From the NCBI GenBank assembly GCA_964016885.1, contig OZ024744.1:78058001-78122000 (forward strand): a stretch of DNA of 64,000 bases, given 5' to 3'. Numbering within the stretch: position 1 is the first letter of the stretch; each line of letters begins with the position of its first letter. Positions 12,782 to 28,357 of the stretch are shown in pieces. The stretch is from Eledone cirrhosa. Its lineage: Eukaryota. The position numbers and the translations under genes are program-made. The notes below the pieces were generated by a model. That model made no database searches and was not told where the DNA came from. It worked only from the letters and a program-made list of their open reading frames with translations.

Positions 12782-14202
12782 TACAAATATCAGGAAAGTG
12801 AACTGTGTATGAGTCATGACACATATATATTTAACAATTGATGGTGGAAAAGATTTCAAATTGTCTTAACTGGGGCCGCAACTCATTGTGTCTGACACTC
12901 TTACTGACTACATATCCTCTTCCAATAAATAACAAATGTTAAATAGTAGAGCACATAATACTTTTAAATGACTCAGATGTTTTTACCCACTGACACAAAT
13001 TTACTAATTCGCCTGTACTTTAATCGTAACTATTGAAATACAATATTTATGGGATCAAATTACTCGCTAGAAGCTTTGCGGAGCCCAAGTCCGACAATTG
13101 AAAAGCACAAATGTTCGGTATTTTCTCAGCACGAGAGTATATATATATATATATATATAGCTTAACTAAATTTTGAAAACAAAAAAGAAGAAAGAAAAGG
13201 AAAATATGGTATATGTCACTCAGATGTCCATTCAGTAAAAATAACCTTCAAATTAGTTTTTCTTTAAGGACTTTAATAATTTCTGACAACGTGTTCACGT
13301 TGCCTATGTTTTTTTCCCCCTCCAGCTTCACTTCCTCAATAGTGCGAGAACATGAAAATGCTAAGCCTTTATTTATTATAATTTCACCATTCGAAATGCA
13401 AATCTCAGTCACCCGGCATTTAGAAAAAAAGAAGAATGTATGAAATTAAATTATATAACTACAAATTACCTAACATCTAATACATACTACTACAATTACT
13501 ACTACTACTACTACTACATAAATATGGATTGAAATACTCGGGAGCTAAATGTAACGAAATAATTAAAATAATAAAATCATAAACATTCCCGGTCTTTTGT
13601 AATTTCCATTTTTTTTTATAAACTTATAAACTAACATATAAAATGTTAACTTAATTTTAAATCTACAATTGATAATTTTAAAATAAAATAAAATTGCTTA
13701 TGCAGCACGAAAGTCGCGTAATAACATAAAATTCTATAAAACAAAAAAATGTTTACTCAAAACTGATATCCCGAATCGTTAAGTGAGTATGTTTATGTTT
13801 GAAGAATTAATGGTAACCACAATAAGCTTTAAACGAATCAAAATACGAATTAATCAGCTGAAACCTCTTGATAGACTAAAAACATTTGCGATTTTAAAAT
13901 CAATAAAAAGGACTAAGCAAAATAGTCAGCAGAAAACTTCCTTAAATGATTCTTTTAATGATAATGTTTTGGGTTTGTTTGTTTGTTTGGTTTGTTTTTT
14001 TTTTCATTTAATAATGAAACGAAAATGTGATTTATTTCATAAGCATTATCAACTAGACATGAAAAATGCGCAAGCTCAAAAGTGCCACAGAATGTTATAA
14101 TAAACCTTCAAAAGTGTGGGACTAGAGTTGTTGCTAAAAAATATTGTAATCATTATATATCGTACATTCTGTGGCATCCTTTATAAAAATAGCTTAACCA
14201 AC

Positions 14203-14402
14203 NNNNNNNNNNNNNNNNNNNNNNNNNNNNNNNNNNNNNNNNNNNNNNNNNNNNNNNNNNNNNNNNNNNNNNNNNNNNNNNNNNNNNNNNNNNNNNNNNN
14301 NNNNNNNNNNNNNNNNNNNNNNNNNNNNNNNNNNNNNNNNNNNNNNNNNNNNNNNNNNNNNNNNNNNNNNNNNNNNNNNNNNNNNNNNNNNNNNNNNNNN
14401 NN
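14203..14402. other. Assembly gap (200 N)
   Basis: Run of N. Confidence 1.
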
Positions 14403-15497
14403 CACACATATATATATACACATATATATATATACACATATATATATATACACATATATATATACACATATATATATATACACATATATATATACACACA
14501 TATATATATACACATATAATAATACACATATATATATATACATATATATATATACATATATATATACAATATATACATATATATACACAATATATATATA
14601 CACATATATATATACACATATTATATATATACACACATATATATATACACACATATATATATACATATATATATACATATATATATATACATATATATAT
14701 ATACATATATATATATACACATATATATATATACACATATATATATATACACATATATATATACACACATATATACATACACACATATATACATATATAT
14801 ACATATATATATACATATATATATATACATATATACATATATATACATATATACTATATATACACATATATATATATACACATATATATATATACACATA
14901 TATATATATACACATATATATATACATATATATATATACACATATATATATATACATATATATATACACATATATATATATATACATATATATATACACA
15001 TATATATATATACACATATATATACACATATATATATATACACATATATATATATACACATATATATATATACACATATATATATATACACATATATATA
15101 TATACACATATATATATATACATATATATATATATACACATATATATATATACACATATATATATATACATATATATATATACATATATATATATACACA
15201 TATATATATATACATATATATATATACATATATATATATACATATATATATATACACATATACATATATATACATATATATATATACATATATACATATA
15301 TACATATATATATACATATACACATATATACATATATATATACATATACACATATATATATACATATACACATATATACATATATATATACATATACACA
15401 TATATACATATACATATACATATACACATATATACATATACACATATATACATATACACATATATACATATACACATATATACATATATATATATAC

Positions 15498-15542
<45 letters not shown>

Positions 15543-15703
15543 CATATATACATATATATATATACATATATACATATATATATATACATATATACATATA
15601 CATATATATATATACATATATACATATATATATATAATACATATATATATATACATATATATATATACATATATAAATATACATATATACATATATAATA
15701 TAC

Positions 15704-15752
<49 letters not shown>

Positions 15753-15777
15753 CATACATATATATATATATACATAC

Positions 15778-15840
<63 letters not shown>

Positions 15841-15938
15841 CATACATATATATATACATACATATATATATATATATAATACATATATATATATATACAT
15901 ACATATATATATACATACATACATATATATATACATAC

Positions 15939-15985
<47 letters not shown>

Positions 15986-16026
15986 CACATATATATATAT
16001 ACACATATACATATATATATATATAC

Positions 16027-16073
<47 letters not shown>

Positions 16074-16202
16074 CACATATATATATATACACATATAATA
16101 TATATATATATACATATATATATATACATATATATATATACACATATATATATATACATAATATATATATATACATATATATATATACATATATATATAT
16201 AC

Positions 16203-16233
<31 letters not shown>

Positions 16234-16242
16234 CATATATAC

Positions 16243-16289
<47 letters not shown>

Positions 16290-16435
16290 CATATATATAT
16301 ATACATATATATATATATACATATATACATATATATACAATATATATATACATATATATATATACATATATATATATACATATATATATATACATATATA
16401 TATATACATATATATATATATACATATATATATAC

Positions 16436-16466
<31 letters not shown>

Positions 16467-16541
16467 CACATATATATATATACACATATATATATATACA
16501 TATATATATATACATATATATATATACATATATATATATAC

Positions 16542-16572
<31 letters not shown>

Positions 16573-16685
16573 CATATATATACATATATATATACATATA
16601 TATACATATATATATACATATATATATATATACATATATATACATATATATATACATATATATATATATACATATATATATATAC

Positions 16686-16716
<31 letters not shown>

Positions 16717-17094
16717 CATATATATATATACATATATATATATACATATATATATATACATATATATATATACATATATATATATACATATATATATATA
16801 CATATATATATATACATATACATATATACATATATATATATATACATATACATATATATATATACATATATACATATATACATATACATATATACATATA
16901 TACATATACATATACATATATATATACATATACATATATATATACATATTATATATACATATATATATACATATACATATACATATATATATACATATTT
17001 ATACACATATACATATATACATATATAAACACATACATATACATATACATACACATATACATACACATATACATACACATATACATACACATAT
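14403..17094. repeat. Giant (TA)n/(CA) compound microsatellite
   Basis: About 2.7 kb of TA interrupted by CA; generates stop-free I/Y/H/T and I/Y/M/C/V ORFs. Confidence 0.98.
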
Positions 17095-17445
17095 ATCATC
17101 ATTTCATCATTCATCATTTCATTTTACGTCCGCTTTTTCCCTGCTTGCAAGGGTGGGACGGGAGCTGATTCTGGCTTGATTTCTACAGCTGGATGCCCTT
17201 CCTAACACCAACCTCATTTACAGTGAGTGCTGGGTGCTTTTTTGCCGTGGCACCTCCACGACCACTTTGCAGTGGAATGATAGGGACCCCAGTCCCTATC
17301 ATCTCATTTCTACAGCTGAGTAAACTGGAGCAATGTGAAATAAAGTGTCTTGCTCAAGGAAACAACACATCACCCGGTCTGAGAATTGAACTCACAACCT
17401 TTCGATTGCAAGGCCAATGCTCTAACCACTAAGCCATGTGCCTCC
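17095..17445 (-). mobile_element. Full-length tRNA-derived CORE-like SINE with RTE-derived tail (family B)
   Basis: Minus: A-box TGGCTTAGTGG, B-box GAGTTCAATTC, CCTTGAGCAAGACACTT CORE-like block, RTE 3'UTR segment, (GAT)n tail. Confidence 0.9.
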
Positions 17446-17540
17446 TATATAAATATACATATACATATATATACACATATACATATATATACACATATAC
17501 ATATATTTATACATATATATACACATATATATACACATAT

Positions 17541-19186
17541 ACTCTTTTACCTGTTTCAGCCATCCGGCTCAGCCCCTGCTGGGGCACCGCCCTTGTTGCT
17601 ACACATTTTATCTCCAGCCTGTATAGGTTGGCCACTGGTGTAAGAGGGAGTTTGTTGCTGCTGCCCTTAGGTTTCCCTCGTGTCTTGCTGTGGGCTCATC
17701 CGGGATCCTGGATAACAAGGTGTCGAGATGTTTCTTAAAGACATCCACCTCCACGTCATGCAAGTCTCTTAGATGCCTCGGCAGCCTGTTGAAGAGTTGA
17801 GGGCCCTTGAATCCCAGGCTATTGCAATACCTGCTCCTTATTCTAGATGTGGAAGACGGGACCTTTGGCACTACACAGTGACGTCCTGTTCGACGGTTGG
17901 TCCAGCTCCCAATGCCAAAGTTTGGTGCTAGTCCCTCCAGTATTTTCCACATGTAGATCACTGCGTATCTCTCCCGTCTTCGCTCCAAGGAGTAGAGGTT
18001 CAGTTCCTTTAGCCTCTCCCAGTAGCTTGTCTCCCACATCTTGGCAATCCTCTTGGTGTAGCTTCGCTGGATTGCCTCAAGCTCCGTGGTTAGTTTGACA
18101 CTATGGGGTGACCACAACTGGGAGCAGTAGTCCAGACGGCTTAGGACAAATGTCCTCCATAGTGTCAACATGGTGTCTCGATCTCTTGACCGGAAAGTCC
18201 TCAAGATCCAGCCAGCGAGTCATCTGCACATTGTCGCCACTTTCATGATGTGTGAAGAAAAAGATGCATCATCGCTCATGTCTATGCCCAGGTCTCATAT
18301 CGATTTTGACACGGGGATATCAGTCCCTCCTGGTCCTGTGTAGTTGTGTTCCACTATATTTGTGTTTGCAGGTTTGTTTGGAGGCTTGTATTGTAGGGCT
18401 TGGAATTTGCTAGCATTAAACTGCATGTTGTTTTCTTCCGCCCATCTGTATATGGCATCCAGATCCTGCTGTAAAAGGGCAGCGTCAGCCGGGTTTTTAA
18501 TTGCCTGTGCTACCTTAGTGTCATCAGCATAGCTAGTGAGGGATGTTGTTGTATGTACTACAGAGGGCATGTCTGAGAGAGCCACCAAAAACAGTAGTGG
18601 TCCCAGGACTGTCCCCAGGGGCACCCCACTTGTTATTGGTGTTTCATTTGAGAGGGCCCCGTTTGCTGCGACTGTCTGGCTTCTGTCCCATACAGCCACT
18701 CACCTACTTTTCCAGTTATGCCGAGTCCGTGTAGTTTGTGACATATCATACCGTGGTCGACCTTGTCAAAGGCCTTCGCAAAGTCAAGATATATCACGTC
18801 CACATGTGAGCTGTCTAGTAGTTGTCTCAGTACCCAGTCGTAGTGATGTAGCAGCTGTGTAAGGCAGCTTCTTCCTGGGCGGAAGCCATGTTGCATGCTA
18901 GTCAGGCGGTCATTTTCCTCGAGGAAAGTGATCAGTTTCTTTCTGACGACTCGCTCCATGATCTTACTGATATGCGACGTCAGGGAGACTGGCCTATAGT
19001 TTTTGGCCTCCACTCTGCTACCTCCTTAATGGATAGGGCATATTGTGCCTTCTTTCAGCTACCTAGGTAGTACACCGCTAACCAAGGAGCTTCTGAAGAG
19101 CACCTTCAGTGGAGTTGCTAAGGCCCACTTACGTGGTTTTAAGAGAACTGCTGGGAATCCATCAGGTCCAGCAGCCGAGTCTGTTC
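17541..19186 (-). mobile_element. 5'-truncated CR1/L2-group LINE (RT pseudogene)
   Basis: ORFs 19013-18633 (NYRPVSLTS, QHGFR, YLDFAKAFDKVDH), 18699-18295 (GVPLGTVLGPLLF, YADD), 18204-17608 (LDYCSQLWSP, SLERRRER); frameshifted. Confidence 0.92.
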
Positions 19187-20764
19187 TATATATACATATA
19201 TACATATATAAATATATACATATATATATACATATATATATATACATAAATATATACATAAATATATATATAAATATATACATAAATATATACATAAATA
19301 TATACATAAATATATACATAAATATATACATAAATATATACATAAATATATACATAAATATATACATAAATATATACATAAATATATACATAAATATATA
19401 CATAAATATATACATATATATATACATAAATATATACATATATATATACATAAATATATACATATATATATACATAAATATATACATATATATATAAATA
19501 TATACATATATATATAAATATATACATATATATATAAATATATACATATATATATAAATATATATATAAATATATACATATATATATAAATATATACATA
19601 TATATATAAATATATACATATATATATAAATATATACATATATATATAAATATATACATATATATATAAATATATACATATATATATAAATATATACATA
19701 TATATATAAATATATACATATATATATAAATATATACATATATATATAAATATATACATATATATATATAAATATATACATATATATATATAAATATATA
19801 CATATATATATATAAATATATACATATATATATATAAATATATACATATATATATATAAATATATACATATATATATAAATATATACATATATATATAAA
19901 TATATACATATATATATAAATATATACATATATATATAAATATATACATATATATATAAATATATACATATATATATAAATATATACATATATATATAAA
20001 TATATACATATATATATAAATATATACATATATATATAAATATATACATATATATATAAATATATACATATATATATAAATATATACATATATATATAAA
20101 TATATACATATATATATAAATATATACATATATATATAAATATATACATATATATATAAATATATACATATATATATAAATATATACATATATATATAAA
20201 TATATACATATATATATAAATATATACATATATATATAAATATATACATATATATATAAATATATACATATATATATAAATATATACATATATATATAAA
20301 TATATACATATATATAAATATATACATATATATAAATATATACATATATATAAATATATACATATATATAAATATATACATATATATAAATATATACATA
20401 TATATAAATATATACATATATATAAATATATACATATATATAAATATATACATATATACAAATATATACATATATACAAATATATACATATATACAAATA
20501 TATACATATATACAAATATATACATATATATATATACATATATACACATATATATACATATATACACATATATATACATATATACACATATATATACATA
20601 TATACACATATATATACATATATACACATATATATACATATATACACATACATATACACATATACACATATATACACATATATATATACATATACACATA
20701 TACACACATATACACATATATATATACATATACACATATACATATACACATATATACATATGTT

Positions 20765-20795
<31 letters not shown>

Positions 20796-20864
20796 CCATA
20801 AATATATATACAGAAATATTTAGACAAATAAAAATATACATTAATATATTTACATATAGATATA

Positions 20865-20900
<36 letters not shown>

Positions 20901-20970
20901 CAGATGTATGTATGCATATACTTCTATACATATTCATATATACACACATACTCAATAGTATATATATATA
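19187..20970. repeat. (TA)n-based higher-order microsatellite
   Basis: Blocks of 12-, 20-, 22- and 18-bp units such as ACATATATATATAAATATAT. Confidence 0.97.
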
Positions 20971-21348
20971 ATGTTCAGTTTATACCCATGGGTACAATCA
21001 ATCTTGTCTGACCATCTCTCCTATCATTTTCGAACTATATTATCCAGTATCTGCTTCCTTTTTTCCCTCCGAATACAATATAATGTGGTTTGACGTAAAT
21101 TTGGTTGTTCCTTCTAGCAGATAGAGCACTCACGTAGAGGCTATCCTGGTGGCTGAATATTTTCGAATGACTTGAACAGTAGAAAAAAAAATATTTATAT
21201 AAAACATGATGGAAGATAACTGCAAGAATGACATTTAATGTTACACAGTGACAATGTTATGAATTAAAATCGTTTTCGTTTATCAACTACAGTGTGTGTA
21301 TACACCTCTTCCATGTATGTGTGTGTGTGCGTGTTTGCGTGCGTGCGC

Positions 21349-21606
21349 GTGTGTATCCCGGGTTCAATCGAGGGAAACAACAGTAAGGTACTCAATACAT
21401 AGAGTATATACAGTATTTAATATAGAAATGGCTTCTACAGGACTGGAACTGTTTCATTCGAAGGAAATCATCAGGGCTTTCCTGGTGATTTCTTTCGAAT
21501 GAAACAGTTCTAGTCCTGTAGAACATTTCTATATTAAATACTGTATATACTCTATGTATTGAGTACCTTACTGTTGTTACCTCCCAATTAAACCCAGGAT
21601 ATACAC
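21349..21606. repeat. ~255-bp fold-back palindrome containing a broken hammerhead ribozyme
   Basis: Arms pair around loop at about 21475-21480; two-arm consensus GGCTT(T)C CTGATGA TTTCCTTCGAAT GAAA CAG TTCCAGTC CTG TA GAAGCC. Confidence 0.85.
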
Positions 21607-21681
21607 ATACACTGTACTTGATACAGGTATATATATATAATAATGGAGCGCGCAAAACAAAGAATAATGTTTTTTGCTTAC

Positions 21682-22262
21682 CCTGTGAGTATAGATGATG
21701 AGGACATAACATCGCTGAAACAAACAGGATTAGGTGTGATGGAATTCGCTTGAACCCAAGGCATGGATGACGGTACTGTATGTTGCCAGGTGACACCAAC
21801 TCCTGGGGCAGTGCTGGGGGTCGTTGCTGTTGACGTATGAAGGTAGGTATTGCCCCCACCAATATGAGAATTATAATGGTGCAAGTGATGTAAATGTGAA
21901 CCGGCTACCCCTCCGGGCAACATTGCACCTGAGGGTGAACCCATCAGTGAATATGATTGAGTTGGGGATGTAAATGTGAAACCAGTTTGGATGTGCTGTG
22001 CAAAGGGAAGCCCCCCATAGTTTAAAAATAACTGCGATGATGATGGGGGGGATAGAATCGAGGAAGACACAGCAGAAGAAACTGTGTTAGTAGTCCCTGT
22101 AGAAACTGAAGATGAATTCAAGAAAGTCTGGGGTACAAACTGGGTAACACATGGGTTGCCTATGCCAGGCATGTAGTTGTTATTAGAAAACTGACCAAAA
22201 CCTGGTGGGTTTGCCGACATGGAGGACAAACTACAGATAGAAGATTCTGGACCTAAAATCAT
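21682..22262 (-). CDS. First coding exon of an unidentified host gene (Ser/Pro/Gly/His-rich low-complexity N-terminus)
   Basis: ATG at 22262 (MILGPESS...) with an upstream in-frame stop, about 193 codons of non-repeat sequence, strong donor AGG|GTAAGC at 21681 (phase 2). Confidence 0.75.
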
Positions 22263-24789
22263 GTCCCTCAAAAATGCATATACAACCACATGTATAATAT
22301 CGTCGCCAAGCGCGCAGACTTACACAATGTTGTTTGTATACATTGGGGAATTAAGAAAGAAAAGAACTTGCTACCATAATCCAAATGAATTCGAAGATTG
22401 TTTTGTTTGATTTAAACTTCTGTAGCTACTTGGTTATAATTATTATTATTTTAATTTCTTTTCAGTTTTCTTCTTTTATTCCAGCGTGGTCAACATTACT
22501 TTCCAGAGAAGTCTTTTTCTCTTTTTGAATAAAATAATAAAAAAAAAGAAGTAAACTATAAAACAAACACACAACTTCCTTCACGTTCAGTGGAAGAAAC
22601 CTCTGGAGGACTAATAGTGATGTTAGTTTCGAAGCACGAGCAAAATTAGATATTCCTTCAAAAACGGCTTGGTTTTCACAATTATTAGAGTTTCTAAGTA
22701 TTCCTCAAAGCTTGCATTTATAGAAAGAAAGCTTTGTATTTAAGTGGACCTTTCTTGTGTTGCTATATGCGTACGCGCTAAGATATAGCCACCTTGGTCT
22801 CCAGTAGAGAGCCTCGTTTTACTTCCAACCATAAACTGATCGCACACATCACAGCACCTACAATAAATACAGAATAAATGTCAGGGCCAGATTCAACAAA
22901 AGGAAATATTGTTCGGCAGGCTAAAAACTAATATAGACTTCATCAAACTTAATTGTTATTAAAAAGAAAAAACTAGTTTAAGTATAACAGTGAAGAAGAA
23001 TGCCTTTGAATTGAATCAAATACAAGTGAAGTGGGTTTTTACGACATTAACACGTTTTGGTTTCTGTGTAGACTTCTTGTTTAGTGTCAGTGCTTTCTGT
23101 TATTATTATTGTGTTGTTGGAGCACTTGCTTTGTTTTTAATGGGGAGGGGTAACGGGACGTGTACGCACATGCGGCGATGTTTATTTAGTGTATTTTATG
23201 TTATAAGATGAACCTTTGGTTCCATCTTTTAGTGTAGAAACAACTATTTTATTTACAAATTATGTAAATGCATACGTAGTATTTCGTGAAGTTACGTGAA
23301 TATTGGTTAAATTTAGTGCAGTTCTCTGTCAACAAATTGGCGTTTGATATATTTATTTTGATACTCTTTTATCCCATACCTACACACTAACACAAACATC
23401 GAGAGAGATGTTTTTAAATGCTTATATTTTTTTAATAATGTACGAAAGGAAAATCAAAAACATTTATTTGTTTGTTTGTTTTTAGTAATTGATGTATAAA
23501 AATGAATCAGGATATTTTAAATATCTTTACTTTTGTTATTGTTGGTTAACCCAGGGTTAGCCCTAGTCGAGCAGGTTTTATGATCCAAGATGTTTCAGTT
23601 ATATCACGTCCATTTTTCGCGCTGCATTAGCCAATGCAATCTTTTCTGTAATTTGAGGATGATTTAGCTCCTATTTCCAAGTAACCATTTAGAAGCTCTC
23701 TTATTGGCTCGGTCTGTCTATTATTTCTTGTCAGTGATGCATTTAAAAATAATAAAATTAACAAACGTAATGCAGTTAAAAACCGAGGATTACCTATTTA
23801 AATACATAACTTAAATGTATACGCGATTTTAAAGTTATTTCAGTCAAGGTATGTGATGAAAGGATTTAATTTATGTAATGATTTGGAGTGGGATCTGAAA
23901 GAACGGGCGCAATATGGGCAATGAGAAGAGAAATATGTCGGGTCTTCTACGATGAACGTGATATACAAATTATATTACAGTAAAATAGAGACCGTTGTAG
24001 CTGAAGTAGAAGATGAGAAACTACGTCTGTGTATCTTGAACCTTGACCAATACTGAGGTATTATATTTGGCCCTGAAAAGGAAGTCTAGAATATGGGATA
24101 GATATTTGTCCATGTTATGTGAATAGTATCGTCAAGAAAACATATGCGAAGTCTATGAGAGTCTTTTGTTTATATGCTGGGAGACTATAGGGCAAAACCG
24201 TTTCCTTGGTGCGAGCAGTGGCTGTTTCTGTGCAGTTGACTACATTAATATGGTCCCATTGAAAGATGTTCTTTTTTTTTTTGTCCTGGTTATCTGCTGA
24301 CGGTAGTAGTGCATGTCGAGCTAACGTTTACGTTATGTGCCGATGATCTACACAACGTAAACTTCTGTACTGCGGACAACGTTTATAACAGCCCGTTGGT
24401 CAGAGAGAACATCATCAAGGAATTACTGGAATAAAGCGGTCAGAAAGGAATTTTTCGATCAACGATAACTAGAAACTGGTAGACCCACAGTCAAGCAACT
24501 TTGCTAGGAAGTTTCAAGCCTAGTCATCGGTAATCTTTGGCCCGTTTGGCTTTCTGAATGGCACGCCTAATTTCAAAATTGCCTTGAATTGTTTTAGTAG
24601 TGCGGCCCACCTTATGATAAGCCATATCCGATTCGGTCCTCCGCTCGAAAAAGGTTACCTGTATCTACCCAAGCCAGACATAAATGTTCTTCATTCGACA
24701 ATTTTTCAATTGTAATTTACAATTTGTAAATTATATAAGAAAGTAGGACTACCGTAGATCTATCTCTGAAAAGTGAAGGATGCTGAAGT

Positions 24790-25600
24790 TAGTCTTGAAA
24801 TTAGGCGTACCTATTTTTTCTACTATTTCCGTTATCTTTGAGGTGTTGGAAGTAAGAGCAACTGGATCAAAGAGGTTGCCCTTTAGAGGAATATAACATA
24901 CTGTAGTAAGTTCTCGTAGGATGGGCAGTAAAGATTGTAATGTTTCTTAGGTGTTAGCTCTGGAACGCTCAGTTTGGTGGTAATAGGAGGGGGGTCAGTC
25001 ATTTCGTGTTGAAGTGACAACTGTATGTGCGTGTTGGTGAGGAAGGTGGGGGTGAAGAAGGAATGTTTTAGGAAATTTGCTTTGTGCAATGTACAGTCGG
25101 TTGGAGAACTGTTAGGAAATCCAGTGGATTTATTAACAGGAGTGTTGGTTACAGAACCTACTTGGCTGAAAAGTGGCATATAATAGAATTTTAGAAAATT
25201 AGTAGTGACTCTCTTAGCAAACGACTAGAAGGCTCGGCTGCAATTTGAGGCAAGGGGGCTTTTACGTATAGTACGATACACGAAGCAATCATTAGCTTTC
25301 TAGTTAGTCATCTCGATGATACAACTATAGTACATCTGTTAGTGTGCCTTGGTGGTACCGGTCAACTTCCTAGCTGTTTAACACAGTAAGAGATGAAGTA
25401 CATTTGCTGCCAAGGATAATGAACGTAGAACTCCCGAAAGTCTGACTTATTTAGCTAATCTAAAGTTCCTAATAGTACGTCGGGGGGGGGGGGGTATCTA
25501 TGGTAGTAAAATATGATGTGAGTTGGCTTTATTAGGAACGGTCAGGCGGCTACGTAAAAGGTACACCTGGATAGAGAAAGAAGATCAAGAGAATTTGGAG
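24790..25600 (-). pseudogene. Ancient LINE ORF2 remnant
   Basis: Minus translation gives KANFLKHSF and DPVALTSNTSKITE, resembling the NYRPIALTS..SKIME start of RT. Confidence 0.4.
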
Positions 25601-27119
25601 TCGCTGTTAAGGATACAGTTCGATATATATATATCGCCTTAACTCTCGTTCTTCTCCCACATCGATACCACAAGTGCAATATGTATATATTTAAGGCGAA
25701 TGTACATTGAAATCACCATGGGTCATAATATCAGAGATGTAAAATCGATGTCCCTGTATAACTGCTGGTATTTGATATAATAGAGTTCATAGAGCAATAC
25801 ATAGAACATTTAATTTAGTTCTCTAAGGCTTCTGCCAACCATCCCCTACCTCTGTTTGTGTTAATAGTCATATTTTCAATGGGAAAATATAGATTTGTTT
25901 TTATAGTATTACTAAAACATTTTTACGAACTGCCTTTGCAAAGAAATTTTTTTTAAAATTGCATTGAATCATTAACTCAAAAGTAAAGGATTTCATACAT
26001 CATCATCAACTTTGACGAGTTGTAGTGCACCTGAGCACTTTACACAATAATTTCATTATTATATAAGAGCCAATGTGGGAAACGGAAAAATACATTAAAC
26101 AATAGAATTACAAACACACACACATCTACTCTTACATATACACAAACAGACACATTAGACAAAATAATTATTACATACACACACATCTATGTGATGGCAG
26201 ATGACAGTGTTCTCTGATTTGATTTTGTGTGTATGTGTAGCGAATTGTCTACACACATTGGCTATTATTATTGGTATTATTGTGTTGATGTTTGTATGCT
26301 TATATCTCTTGTGTGGGTGTATGTGTGTTTATGTGAATATATTTATATTTGTGTGGGTGTATCTGTTAGTTGTGTGTTTATAGTTATATACTCATTCATA
26401 TCAATGCACACATATGCACACAAGATATTATCTTGGTTATCTATGTTAGTTGCGGATAGTTTTTCCACAAAAAAAAAGTTTATAATAAAATAATTATTAA
26501 ACCAAAATCTTGATTAGCAGTCATTTTTTTTACGGCACAGGTCCTGCTGGTTAATAATAAAAAAAATAACTTTATATTTCTTCAACGTGGATAAAACCGG
26601 AAAAGGCTCCGTAGGGTTGTATCTGCCCAAGTTACGCTTCACAAACAATGCTAGCATGACCCTTGAGGGCCAAGGGAGAAAGGAAGTGAACTGAAGTGGA
26701 TCTACTGTGTTAACAGAACCATGATTCTACAGGGTTGTGGGTCGAGAGAAAGAACCAACAATTTTTTTTGTTTGTTTTCTAAATTTGACTTTAAATCTGA
26801 AAGGTCCGAGATAGAATTCAAAAATAACGCATGGAAACAATTACTTTAATAATTATGAATATTGAAAAGTAAAAAAGAAACGTTCAGATCTGGTTATGCT
26901 GTATATGTATACTACTCATACATTTATATACACCCATCTATATATGCGTATACATACTTATACATACTTTATATATATATATATATATATACACATACAT
27001 ACGTATATATATGCACGCATACATTTATGTATGCATTGAGCTTTTTTTCTTTTGTTTGTAAATGCAAACGTGTGCTTTTGTGTGACATTCTATAGGATTC
27101 ACATAAACCACTTGACTAG

Positions 27120-27314
<195 letters not shown>

Positions 27315-28025
27315 TGTATCAGCATGGGTTGGATATTTATTTTATTTATCATGGTTCTTTTAAAGTTGGATGCCATCCAAACATCAAATAACCATAATAA
27401 TTGTAGGCTGGATACCACTAGCAATAGAGAAATTGTATTTTGGGATCCTAATCTCTCTCTCTCTCCTTCTCAGATTTACCTTGGAATAACCAACTTTCTA
27501 AATATATAGTATTCAAAATTACCCTGAAGAAACACTTCCTTCTTCTCTAAAGTAAAGAAAGAAAGAAAATCAAAGGGGAGGGAAAGTTTAGTAGGAGATG
27601 GTGGCAAACACCACATAACTAGAAAGTCAATGTGGTTTAGAGTTGGCAGATTTAGAACTGGGAGAAAGAGAAAAGAAAAAAAAAGTGGAAAGATAGAAAG
27701 TAGCCCAAGATAATGTTATTGAGGAGCATCTGACAATGATGGTGGTGGTAGAGGAGGGATTATACAGTTGATATATGAAGACATTACAGAAGGATTTCGA
27801 CACACACACACACATATATATATAAGAATTAAAATACTAGAGTGCTTTTGAGTAAAACACACTCGTCGTATTATAGAAATGACAGTATAGGGTATAGCTC
27901 AATGTAATACAACAGAGCCGAAAAATTATAAAAATAGACAAAGAAGCCTTCAATACATCAAAAGTCTTTATTAGCCTTTAACGAAGCTTCAGTTCGCCGC
28001 CAAGCTAACGAATGCAATATATATA

Positions 28026-28357
28026 CAGTGTACCCCGGCATTCGCGGTCCCGGTTATTCACGGAATTTTCATTAGAACCTAACTAATAATTGTTCGTGGA
28101 AACCACCGCATATTCGCGGAATCGTAAATATCTTCCGCAATTTTTTAATGGCTTTTTTTCGTGGCAATATATGTAATTTTTAACGCTAAATTATTAATAA
28201 CAATATACCGTATTTGCCGACCTATTGGATGCTCCCTCTTTTTTTTTATATTTTGACGTTTATAGGCATTTGTATGGACTACGTCCAATATTCGCGGTTT
28301 TTTACTCTTCGTGGGTGCTCTAGGAACGTAACCCCCGCGAATTCCAGGGGACAACTG
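28026..28357. mobile_element. pogo/Tigger-like MITE
   Basis: TA-CAGTGTACCCCGGCATTCGCGG ... CCGCGAATTCCAGGGGACAACTG-TA; TA TSD. Confidence 0.75.

Noticed and set aside
14116-17117. Very long ORFs (587-978 aa) of I/Y/H/T/M/C/V
   Set aside because: Translation of the (TA/CA)n microsatellite and N gap; stop-free by composition
19045-20917. 500-590 aa ORFs on the minus strand
   Set aside because: Microsatellite artefact; only the last few residues belong to the LINE
26648-26680. CTAGCATGACCCTTGAGGGCC resembling the U6 ISL or T7 terminator
   Set aside because: Short match only; flanking U6 (ACAGAGA box) or terminator sequence absent
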